Shown here piece by piece: positions 28,855 to 40,700 of a stretch of DNA of 64,000 bases. The stretch comes from Spironucleus salmonicida (lineage: Eukaryota). Below the pieces are notes generated by a model. That model had not been told where the DNA came from. It ran no database searches and saw only the letters and a program-made list of their open reading frames with translations. Position 1 is the stretch's first letter. Each line of letters starts with the position of its first letter. The DNA lies in the NCBI RefSeq assembly GCF_000497125.1, contig NC_090599.1:1550001-1614000 (forward strand), read 5' to 3'. A program made the translations under genes and the position numbers.

Positions 28855-31050
28855 TCACCTCAATGCCTTAACTTCCTCACCAAAGGCGGCCAAAATAGAT
28901 GGTTTCCTAATAAAGTCACCGTCCTACATTCCTAGCGTTGATAGGATTACTGCTGGCGAGAAGCTGCAACCCACCTTGTTTCTAAAGAACCAAATTACGT
29001 CAACTGATGATAATTCAGATCGATCGGTAAATGATTCACGGAGCATTTTGCGGATTGAATCCCCACGTGCCTGAAGCATTAACTTTACTTTTTTAATAAA
29101 CTCAGATCGCTCTTTTTTATCGTATTTAGTTTATATGCTTGATGTATCATTAGCAACCGAGTACGTCATATTTTGCATTCGGTCTTCTTCCCGGAAAATA
29201 ACTGATTGGGCAAGTCTCTGAGTAGTGATATCTTTTGGGAAAAATGGTTATTAATGCAATGATTTTTACATATTATTTATATATTAGTTTTAATTATCCC
29301 GGAAACTTGAAACACGCTCATCGACGTACCTAATAGGTTCGTCAAAATCATATTATTTCCCGAAAGTCAAGTCCTATTTTGTAGGAAATTATTTACGGAC
29401 AATGTCATTCTTGACGATCTATGACATAGCCAAATTCTGCTAAGCTAGATTTTATGCCTTTCCGCGACTAGTTTCGACTCCATTTGAACTAAAGTTCACC
29501 ATTTCGTCTTATCTTTCAGCTTATTTCTTACTAAAATTCGAGATCATAAACTATTGAATTTTTTCATTCTACTTGCACATAGAAGGTACCTTTTTAGTAT
29601 TAGCAAGCTATTATACTACAGATTGGGCGTTATAGAAGCGTAAAAAGAGTTAGTAATCAATATATTATGCATTTGGCGCTAGCAATTAAGTAAGAGACTT
29701 ACACTATTCAGGGCATAGAACGATTCCGAAGTTTTATTATATTTGCTCTGAAAATACTCTAAACGAAAGTTTACCTGTATGTCTGATGTCGAATTTGCGG
29801 AAAATATTTCTTGGGGATCCAGATTACTAAATTTTTTATGATACAAGATTTAAAAGCATATCAGGAGTGCCTTAAACAGATGTTGAATGAAATTTTTGGA
29901 CTGGATCAGCATTTAAAGGTAAAGAATCTAAAATAAGTTCATCACGATTTAATTTTGGAGTATTTGAAGTCTAAAATTATGGCTCTGTTAGACGAATATC
30001 TTAGGTGGGTAGTGATTTATTGTTTTACTTTTAAGGAGAAGTCTTTTTAGAAGCACATTTAGGATTAGATTTTTAGCAAGGTAAATGTTCTAATCCAACT
30101 TTATCTAGAAGTTCAGCATATGGGGGAGGAGGAACACAGTGCTAGTGTGATTTTCTGCGTTTTTTGCTTTATTATTCTTGTAATTTTAAGAGTGCTTCTT
30201 ACTTTTAACGCTATTAGTCGGCAAGGTCGGCATCAATTCTATTTTAAATTCCTTCAGGGCGTACACGTTATAATTTCAAGCCAGGTTAATCATACTCCAC
30301 TTATTATTTTCTAAATACTCCTGATTATGCTAATTCGGGTCTAAAATCCTCTTCTTATTCATCCTCAACATACTCTTCAAATTCTTCACACCCTTCATAG
30401 TCATATTCATTATTGCCATTAATATAGTCTTCTTGCACACACTCATCAACACTAATAACGTTTTTACCTTATTTAAATTCCTAACCGATTATTTTTCCTG
30501 TTAAAAAGTCATAAAGTTCTTCTCGGCTAATTTGCTACAAATTCATATTCCATTTTATAATTTTCATTATTCTATTCCATTCTAAATCTCCATATTTAAG
30601 CTCGTATTCAATTTCAAAAAATCTTCTCATTTAGTGCTCATAAAGGAATCCTTTACCTCCAGTTAATGCATTATACAGGCCATTAAAATCTACACCTAAT
30701 CGAGCCTAATATTATACTAAACATTATTATAAGTGGGTAATTAGCTCGCTAGAAATGCGCTAATTGATCATTTTTGGGTGGAAATTATTAGTATCTTTTT
30801 TCTATAAAAATTATGCAAATTAAGACATATTTATGCCGTTTAATGGATTTTTACAGTTATTAAACCATGCAGAGATTTCACTAGTAGAAAGGAATGTTGA
30901 TTTAACATGAAAACGTGAAAGGAAGCGAGCAATATCAGACGGAACGATAAGACCATCACGATCCTCATCTAAAATTAAGAATGTCTTCATTGGAGAGGCT
31001 CTATGCTGGGAAAGCTTTTAACGCGCGAATTCTTCAAATGTTGAGTTCAT
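28855..31050 (-). CDS. Multi-EF-hand protein (731 aa)
   Basis: MNSTFEEFARQKL..., FLILDEDRDGLIVPSDI, IFRKFDIRHTGKLSFRVF, an acidic linker, ...EEVKALR*. One frame throughout. Confidence 0.75.
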
Positions 31051-31178
31051 TATTGGGAAAATTTTGGAAAAAGTAAGCGGAAACGTTATATTTAATATTA
31101 TATATGAATAGAATTAATATGAATTTTATATAATTATTATAAATATTATATCAAATAAGGATAGTGATAAATTTAATC

Positions 31179-32189
31179 ATGTCTCTTTAGTAAATTGATA
31201 AATAGATCTTGAACTAGTATAAGCAATCAAAAAAGGTTTAAACAGACATATAATATTTTTGCTAATAATTCCTAGGATTTAAAATTTAAAAGGCTTCTAT
31301 GTTTAATTTTAAGGGTAGCAAAGTTGAAGTTCTTGCAATGATAGGAAGAACTACATTTAACTTTCAAAATAAAGCGTTCCCAATATGTCTTGGTATATAC
31401 ATACCACATGAGTATCCATCATTATAACCAAGAGTACTAGTTATACCAGAAGGTAACTAAGAAATTTATGTTACTACTAATATTACGTAGTCTGGCGTTG
31501 TTATAGACTTTTAAGGCTGGTAGCAAACAAATAATATAATTGTTAAAGTCTAAAAGTGTCTGGAATTATTCTCAGCTATACCTCCAGTGAGAGCAAAAAA
31601 GAATTAAACTCAGATAGAATCTAATTAAACCAGTTATAGTTTACCGCACTCATAAAATATGTAACAACCTAAATCTTAACAAGCATTGTAAGCTAGTTAT
31701 ATACCTGCAACTAATCAGGGCAGTACTTAATAAACTTAAGTTTATTAAAATTCTTATATTCCAGTGAAAACAACTAAAGGGAGTTATTTGTAAACTCAAG
31801 ATATAACCGATCTTGAGAATTTCAGGTCGAAAGTTAAATAAATAGTTTCGATTTATTAAAACTAGGTTGAAAAATCGCGATTAACCATACGGAGTGATAT
31901 CGAAAAGCTACGCTCAACGAATATTCAGTTAAGTAATGATATTAAAGTTTAACTATAATAGTAGGATACTAGTGTTTCATCTGATTCACAGTTTGTTTTT
32001 GGGACAAGTGTAGAGTAAATGGTCTAGTAATTGTTAAAAGAATGTGAACATAACATATTACTTTAAAAATAAGCATGCCAAATAGCATCAGATGAGTTTA
32101 TGGATAAATTGGTTGATTAGTAAGAGCTTGAACCATAAGAGTTATTAAAGCTATTAAACATTAATGATGTGGATATTAGATCAAAGTGA
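31179..32189 (+). CDS. Vps23/TSG101-like ESCRT-I subunit (UEV domain, P/Q-rich linker, coiled coil, steadiness-box-like tail)
   Basis: UEV features: VLAMIGRTTFNFQNKAFPICLGIYIPHEYPSLQPRV, ITQSGVV, GWQQ, LFSAIPPV. 336 aa, ends AAG-TGA. Confidence 0.75.
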
Positions 32190-32270
32190 CTCCTTTTAAA
32201 TCCTTATTTTAAAAATAAATTAATATATTACTATAAAATAGTTAGAATAAAGTGGGTTCAATTTCATTAA

Positions 32271-34016
32271 ATGAATGTTCCATATCTGAAAACATACTAA
32301 AAACCACTATTTATTTAACCAATGTCAACTAGAGTATCATTAAATATGGTTAGAGAAAATATCAATGGCCTACTAAATATGTCAGGCGGTACTGTTGGGA
32401 TAGGATTTGATGAAAATGCTGTTCCAGTAGGATACACAATGCAGTAAACATAAAAAGACGATATACGATTATAAATAGATGCATTTATGAATGCCTGTTA
32501 ACCGTAAACCGATAGCGATTTGGTTAATATGGAATTTTATAAATTAAATGATAGTGAAAAGCCAAAATATGTTATTATTATTAATGTTAGGTAAGGAATA
32601 TAACCAATTTATTTTGTTAACTCAGCTAAATGTACGGCATATATTGTTCTAATCGATGAAATTAGATTGTTAACACAAACTGAGATTTTGAGGAGATATT
32701 AAATGAGTAGAAATCTTGCTATGGATTTAGAATAATAAAACTCAGATATTACTATTTAAGAATCAGTAATCAGAGATGGATTATTATTTTCTTAGTAACA
32801 GGGTGTTCCTACTAAAGTAATTTGCTTAGAAGGACCAAAGCATTCTGGAAAATCATGGTTAGCTGAAGAAATTACAAAAAAAATAATTTATGATGTATAT
32901 ATTGAGGTTGATGCAAATAATTTTTAATATCTTAATGAATTATATAGATCTCTCATTACATAACTTGATTAAAAGTTAAAGTTTAATTATAAAGAAAAAA
33001 AGATTAAATTATAATAAGAATTATAAGTTACAAATATTTAAGACATTTTTTCTGAGTAAGAAGTTATCTAGAAAGAATGTCCAATCTTACGAGATATTTT
33101 TATGAATCTTTTTGAGTAAGATAAATAATATTTACTGATAATTAAAAATATTCAAACTAGTTGTGATAGATTTATTCCAAAAGGCTTTAATCTAATTTCA
33201 ATTATAACTTCTAACCAAACAATATAAGTTGAATCCGGACCAGCATGTGACCTAATACATTTAGAGACAAGATAGTTAACGACCAAAGGACTTATTTCAT
33301 TAATATAATAGAAATACCAATTAAATATACCTATCTAATTGTCTAATAAATTATTATAGATATTTAAATTTGAGACATCGAAAGTTTTATCTTTAATAGA
33401 AAATAATTAAAACAATCTATAGAAAATATAAGACTAATTATAGCTTTAATCTTTTGATTCAACAGTATTTTATGAAGAAGAACTGAAGAATCAAGCTCTT
33501 GTCAATATATTAAAACCATTGTCGGTAGTTCCAGATAAATTTTCGTTATCAATGTGTGAACATCTTAAAATTTCCGTAAATAATATTTTTTTAGTTAATT
33601 AATTTCTTTAGAAAAAGAATGGTTATTTTAGAGTTGATGATGATATCAAAAAATAAATTTATAGTAATATAACTGATGCAGAGATTGAACAATATTTAAT
33701 TTAGTTTATAGATTGCATGATTCAAGAGGTAGAATCTCTTAATGCAAAGTACAAAATTTAATTTCATGGGAATAAACAAGGTAATACAAATATTCTAGTT
33801 AAATTATATGGTAAGGTTATTTAAGAATGGATTAATAATTAGATTTTAAACTTATAGGGCATGATAGATTCGTCAATCTAGTTTTCCTATCGGGAAGTAG
33901 ACCTATTTCATGTACTTAATTTCCTTTTAGTGAAGCGAGTAAGCTGCAAGATTGAAGATAAAATGTAATAAATAGCAGAAAAATATAATTTAGTGTTTAG
34001 TGCTAGCGATGATTGA
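32271..34016 (+). CDS. Schlafen/AlbA_2-like domain + STAND (NB-ARC-like) P-loop NTPase fusion (581 aa)
   Basis: AlbA_2-like ENINGLLNMSGGTVGIGFDENAVPVG...DDIRLQIDAFM...KYVIIINV...IYF. Walker A VICLEGPKHSGKS. Walker B-like YLLIIKNIQ. Sensor-1-like ISIITS. Winged-helix LSVVPDKFSL and MHD-like FRVDDDIK. Confidence 0.75.
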
Positions 34017-34059
34017 GTTAATATTGTTTATATATGATGTAATTCAATTATTATCAGTA

Positions 34060-34680
34060 ATGAGATCAATATTAATTATATTTCCAGGGGCAATATGTAC
34101 TCTATTTCCAATAATCTTTTATCTAACTAAGCACAATAACAAGGTGCTAGTATTATTAACTTCATATTTTTCGTTTCTAACAATTTTTCATTTTATAAAA
34201 ATAAAATTTCCATTTTCTTTTAAGATACCAAATTCTGATATATTTTGCTAAATTTGTGATGCCTTTAAGCCATAAAGATCACACCACTGTAAAGTTTGCA
34301 ATAAGTGTACACCGTTTTTTGACCATCATTGTCATTTTATGAACTAATGCATTGGAACAAATTTACATCACTTAATATTTTTTATGTTTTCGGCTGATAT
34401 TATGTGTATTTTAGGAATAATTTCAACACTATTAAACTTGATTAATTTTGAATGGGTTGTTTTCATTATGTTAATGCCTGTGCTCTGTTTTGTGATTTTA
34501 TCTCTTTCGGCATTTTTAGTTTACTAAGTTTATACTAGTTCTGATGGAAAAAATGAAGTAGAAAGACTTACAAACATGAAATTTAATATTAGTATTAAAA
34601 GAAATTTTTGGTTTTTAACCAGGGGACTGCTACCACTAAATACAAATAGCTGGTAAGATGCAAGCTAGATATAAGATTGA
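34060..34680 (+). CDS. DHHC palmitoyltransferase
   Basis: [37 protein letters not shown], flanked by four TM segments. Confidence 0.93.
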
Positions 34681-34728
34681 AAATATTATTATTATATAAA
34701 TATACTTTGATTATAACTTCCGCAAAAT

Positions 34729-36996
34729 ATGATAACTATTTCTCTGGTTGATAATAAAACGTATTTACATAATGTTTTACCTAAAGAATTAATAAAAATG
34801 CCTCATAATATTTCTATAATTAATACTAATAGTTTTATAGTTTCTGAAAAGTATCCAGAGGTTCCATAAAAAATATTAGCTCATTTATACAACTTAAAAA
34901 TTACAGCATAAATGTAAAAATACTTAACAAAATATAATATGAATCCTTTGCACTTTTCTAATATATTTTAGTGTGATTAAGATAGATTAAAAATTACTGT
35001 AAATGAGGACGATGAGACTCAAGAATAATAACCAGAAGAAACAAAGTAAGAAGATGATCAACCATAAATTGATTTAAATGAATAGTAGTCTATAATTTTG
35101 GAGGATTTGCTAAATGACTCTAATTCTAGGCTCCATTCAGAAATATTGAATTATTATTTAATATTGCTTAAGTAATATTTGTTATCTAATCACAATATAG
35201 TGTTATAAAAGATTAATTTTGTTGGAGTAGTGCCATAAAAAGTAGAATCATTTAAGGATCTATTTAAAGAGTACGAATTAGATTTTATATCTATCTATTA
35301 AGCAGATTTATCATCATTTGTAATTAAAAATAAATTATACTAATATTAAAAAATTTTAATGTTCTCATTTAATAATAACTTTCCTTGTTATAAGTATATT
35401 ACTATTGATATTACCAAACAAACTGACAGTATTATTTTACCATTTGTTGAAGTATCTTAACCCCATTATTTTGATCCACGAATTAGACCATAATTTTAGG
35501 AATTAATTACATTTGATGGTGATGGTAATTAAATTGTTCCGGATGGTTATAAGCCATATAGATTTAGAAAAACAATAAAATAATAGTTCAGGGAGTAGCT
35601 TAGACAGATTATCAAGGTTTAAGAATCTGATGTAAAATTCATAATTTGCGACGAACTATTTATCTCCAGTTTCGAATCTTTCAGAGAACCCTCTAGAGAA
35701 AGGTTATTATTTGATGTTAGAACATTATGCGAAACTTGGAATTTTAATTTGACGTTTAGGCGTTTGGATTCTTTTGATGTATAAACCATTCCAGTTTACT
35801 AGAGACTATATATTATTAAAGACTAACCTGCTTTCTTTAAAGAATAAACTGCTAGATTTTTATACCAAGGATTTTATTCAAATAAATTAACACAATAAGC
35901 TATTGAAAATAGAAAACTTGTAGATGATATTGAACTAACACCTTCAACATCGTTATTCACAGGAAAAATTACAACAGATAAAGATTTAGATAAATTTTTA
36001 TAATAAATGTTCGAATTTATCAACAGAATAAAATTACAATTAACTGATTAAATAACAGTTAATATTGCTGTAGGAGATACTTTTCTTAAAACATTGAGAC
36101 CAGAATTATAAGAAGAGTTTGTCGAAGAAGAACAAGAACAAGAAGAAATTGAAGAAATTGAAGAAGAGTAAAAAGAAACGGTAATTGAAGAATAGAATGA
36201 GCCATAAGAATAAGATGATGAGAAAATTGAAAATATTGAAGAAAAGGCTGAAAATGACGAAGAAATACCAGAAAAAGAAGAGTAGCCTCCAGTTCCACCA
36301 AAAAAACCAGATTATATTCGTAGTCTTTTAAAAGAAATTACGTAAAATCTGACTTAGTTAGAAACGAAAAAAATAAAGAAGAATAAAATTAAATATACCT
36401 AACAAGATATTTTAGTGTCAGTTTCAGGGAAAAATATTTCAGTTGTTTAAAATATTTCTTCAAGAATTGTAAATTACGTGAAACTAATTGGTGGCATCGC
36501 ATCTGATGTGTTTTCAACAAAATTAGTAGATTATACCAAGTAATATTTATATACATTAGATATTATTTCACTAAAATAATAGTCTAAATTTTAGGTTATC
36601 GATATTGATAATATATAAAATTACGAAGCTTTTAGCCCTATTTGCTTGAAATATTAAACTAACTCTAGAACATAGAGTGGTTAATTTATTATATTCTAAT
36701 CAGAATCGTGTAAAAATTTCAAATAGGTAGAAAAATTATTAAAAATGGATTAAAATCTAAATATCTAAGGTGTTATTTTGGCTGCTTCTTAATACAAATT
36801 GGTAGATTAAGAGATTGCGTAGAATTTAGTTAATTTGGATGAACCAATTGAATACGAAGACGTAGATGATGCAGAGGAACCTGAAGAGGTTGAAGAAGAA
36901 CCAGAAGAAGAGAAATTTTTAGGCGAAGAAGAGGAGTAGAAAGAAGGAGATAAAAAGAACACTCATGAAAATGAATTGATCTAAGAAGAAAACTGA
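34729..36996 (+). CDS. Acidic hypothetical protein (755 aa)
   Basis: MITISLVDNKTY...ENELIQEEN*, with three Glu/Asp-rich tracts. TTCCGCAAA lies just upstream. Confidence 0.7.
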
Positions 36997-37043
36997 AGTT
37001 TTTATTTTTTTTGAATTATTAATATATCCGTAAAATAATAACA

Positions 37044-37766
37044 ATGATAATTAACATAATGGACAGACACCTGCGCTCATCATTCTCTGAGAATAATTTT
37101 GATTAGTTTTAACATAATTATAGGTTATCAAAAGAATTTAAATTTAATAGAGAGCATCCCTCAACAGATGCACCACTAAGCCCGTAGACAAATTTATAGA
37201 ATGAAGAGCTTAAGAGGGAATTACAGGAAGCATTTAATTTAGACTTAGTCGAGGATGAATCTGTAATTAATCATAGGCATGATGACGAAGAAATGTCTAT
37301 GACAGATAAAGCTATTATCGAGTATCATCAATAATCATCCTTCTTTAATGTATTTATTTTAAAATTTATTAAATAAATGCACAAGTTAGAATCTATTGTA
37401 AATCTTATTTTACTCATAATTTTAGTAGTATTTATCGTCTGTTCATTAATCTCTGTATGCTACTAGACATATATTATGTTTAGAGATGATCCACATTTTG
37501 TTTTGGGTTAGTCATAGTATCCACTTTGGCTAGATGGCGTCTTCTTTGTACTTATAGGTGTTGAATTAGCAAAGTCAATATTGGCTTAGCTAGGTCATGA
37601 TAACTCATATATTGAAGTGATCGTAATGGTTGCGATTACTGCAGTTGCACGCTCGATTGTAATTTAAGAATATAAAGGCGACTTAGATCCTGTTTTTGGT
37701 ATGGCACTTCTAATGGTGGCATTAGGAATTTGTATATTTTTATTGAAATTATCAAACAAATAGTGA
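37044..37766 (+). CDS. PsiE-family 4-TM membrane protein with an N-terminal extension
   Basis: LESIVNLILLIILVVFIV, VFFVLIGVELAKSI, IEVIVMVAITAVARSIVI and GMALLMVALG resemble phosphate-starvation-inducible PsiE signatures. Alternative ATG at 37059. Confidence 0.75.
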
Positions 37767-37774
37767 TAATTTTA

Positions 37775-40700
37775 TCACTCGATAAGGCTTTTAATACCAT
37801 TTTCACACAAAGCAACAGAATTTTAATAATCTTTTTCTATTTTGATTCTATTTATTATAATAATTCCTATTTCAGATCCAAACTCTTCTAAAATTATGTT
37901 CTCAGTTATATTGTTGTCCAATATTTAGTTTATAATATTCTTTAAATTTGTTTCAAAATCTGTTTTCAACTCATTTATTGTTATAAAGATACGCCTTTAG
38001 ATTTAGTTCTAATTAACAAGCGAGCTTACCAAATTTTGGCCACCAACCCGCAATTAAGAACATAAAATTGTCCATTCTGCTGCATATGCCACTTCATTTT
38101 ATTCACAAAATGTTCTACAGAATCTTAATAGTAATTTTATATCTCTAGAATTACAACCAATTCTAGTAGAAAATTGGGCAAAAAAATCTTATTTTTACTA
38201 TTAAGAAGATAGTTGTGGTAAGGGGTTATTTTTAAAAGGTAAGTTTTGCATAGCTCTATTGTAAGCACGGGGAATTTAATAAATAGAATCATGTGATGGC
38301 TAATTCTACAGTAAAAACTTTATTAAATATTAGCATTAAAGTTAGTTAGCAAAAACTGGAATTTAAAGTGGGAACTCAAACTATTTATTGAATGTAAGAA
38401 CATTATAACAATTTTCCAAAAGGTTTAGCGTTACTGAGAATAGCTTTGACATATCTGTATTTTATTAAATTTTTATTAAAATTGTTAGGAAGTAGTCTGA
38501 TATTTCTTTTAGTTTTAACTCATCAACATCTGATTATTTCTGCTTTAAACTTGATGAAAAATGATAGGCATAATAAGCAGTGATGATAATGAGATCTTGC
38601 AGTATGTTATAATCAAATAATTGGAGTTATGCTGGTAATTCTACTAATTCTAGTAAAATTAGGCTAGCATATTTCAAAAATCTGTAATCTAAGGACCGTG
38701 ATGTTTTGGCATACTTTTATAATCTATCTATTACTAGCTTAGCATATGGAATAATGATAGGGGTTGTAAAAAGTAGTTTTTGGTCTCTGGCGGCTAAAAT
38801 CAATTATTTTTAGGCAGTAATATATGTTTCTTAATCGTTAGAAGATAAAACATTGATAAATTCAAACATTTAAGTATTTATTTAATAAATTTATGCAGCT
38901 ATCGTATTAAAAAGTTATTAATGATTAACAATTGTCAAATTTTAATCAATAAGTTAAAATTTGCATTAGTATACAAGTTTTTAATAAAGTGAAAGTGTTA
39001 AATTATCTTAATCGAATAGAGATATATGCTAAACAAATGAAATGCCCTATTATAAAAATGGGAAAGATAATAAATGACCTTGGTATTCAAAAAATGACAT
39101 AAAAGTATCTAGTAAGGAGGTAAAGTTTTAAATATCAATAAGCTACATATTGTTAACAACTAAACGATTGAACTGTTCAGATACAATATTTTATGTCTAT
39201 TCAATCGAAGAAATTTAATTTAAGAATGAGGTAAATATGAAAGGATCAATGTTTAATTATTAGAATAAAGACAGTTACAGAAGAACCTAAACAATAATTT
39301 ATAATGACATTTAATCGACTACTTTTACTTCGTAAAAATATTTCACAATGATTTCTAGCAGTTAATCTAATTTCTATTAAGTGAACTAAAATTATTTTAA
39401 ATTTATGAACGTAGAATATACTACTAAAATTCTGGATAGAATTTAACAAGTAAGTTCAGGTTAATATATGTTTTTTGTAACTTGTTCAAGAAGATAATAA
39501 AAATTTTCAAATTTAGAGTCTACTCTCAAACTTCCAGACGGAAAACAAGTGGGTAAATATTTATCGTCAATCTAATAAATATCAATTAGCAAATAACATA
39601 AATTTTCTGTCATACCTTATATATTAACATTACTTTACTACCCAACTAACATATCATTAGTAACTTAAATAAAACTTTCTATATTTTCATCTTAACTTTA
39701 TAAAAAATCTAATGTTTATTATTCAATATTTTCTTATAATTTGAAGTTACTTTCAATTTTTTTAGCGGGAGATAATGTAATAATAGGGGCTTGTTATATT
39801 TTCTTACTTGATTGAATAGAAATTTAATTCTGTATTTATGCAATATTTTCAAGCTTAGATGGGCGAGACTATTAAATTTAAGAGTTTGGAGTAGAATACC
39901 TTTGTATTTACTATTGTTAGGGAGAAGAAATTACTAATTTATCTTATATTTAACGGCGAATAATCTGTTACTCTACTATAGTAGGCTGTTATACAAGTGA
40001 ATGTTTAATGGATGCTACGTTTTATCCTTGTTATTACTCTATTGTAGATGTAAACTAGATATTTCCAATTTATTATAATTATTAAATGAATAATTTTTGA
40101 TCATTAAGTTATAAGTATGAAATAATTATTTGTATGATTACGTGTTACTATGGATATAAAAGCAACTATTAACACAACTCGAATAAATTATTGGTCAAAT
40201 TAGCATTAGTTCCTGGCCTAATGTTTTATATAGGATCTAAACCAACAGAATAATAATCCTACAGCCCAAATAAGCATAAAATATTTCCTAGTATCTATGT
40301 AAGCTCATTTACTATATAAGATTCACTTATATTTTATAGAATAAAAGCAATAATTGGTTAATAACCAAAAATAGAAATAACTGCAGTAATGTAGTCTTAA
40401 ATATGCTTTTATAAACGCTGTTCAGAAATTCTAATCAAGAATATATCGAATAATTTAATTAATGAAAGAGGATGAAATAAGTCTTAATACTATTAAATTA
40501 ATGTAATTAACAACCTTATACCATCGATAAAAACCTATGAATCTTTCTCTGCAAAATATACCATAACAAAATCTACAGTAGAATCTAAAAATATAGGCAG
40601 ATCTTACTTTCGTACTTATTCTAACATAAATGGAATAGTTTATTAAATTTAAAAGCTTGCAAGTAAAATTTGTTATTTATCGTTAGACTAAAACATTAAT

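Noticed and set aside
28855-29271. A separate small gene starting ATG TAA AAA at 29271
   Set aside because: It is in frame and continuous with the EF-hand ORF starting at 31050, so it was merged. An internal start cannot be excluded, because a TATATA tract lies just upstream.
32187-32273. Vps23 and the Schlafen-STAND ORF are in the same frame, separated by one TGA-C and 27 open codons (possible readthrough or selenocysteine fusion)
   Set aside because: The stop sits in a canonical AAGTGA 3' signal and the spacer looks like an ordinary AT-rich promoter. Same-frame neighbours occur one time in three, and open spacers are common with a single stop codon. No SECIS could be identified.
36086-36301. 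Hydrophobic minus-strand ORFs (also 61575-61901 and 46862-47062) that look like membrane proteins
   Set aside because: They are reverse complements of GAA-rich acidic or coiled-coil coding tracts on the + strand.
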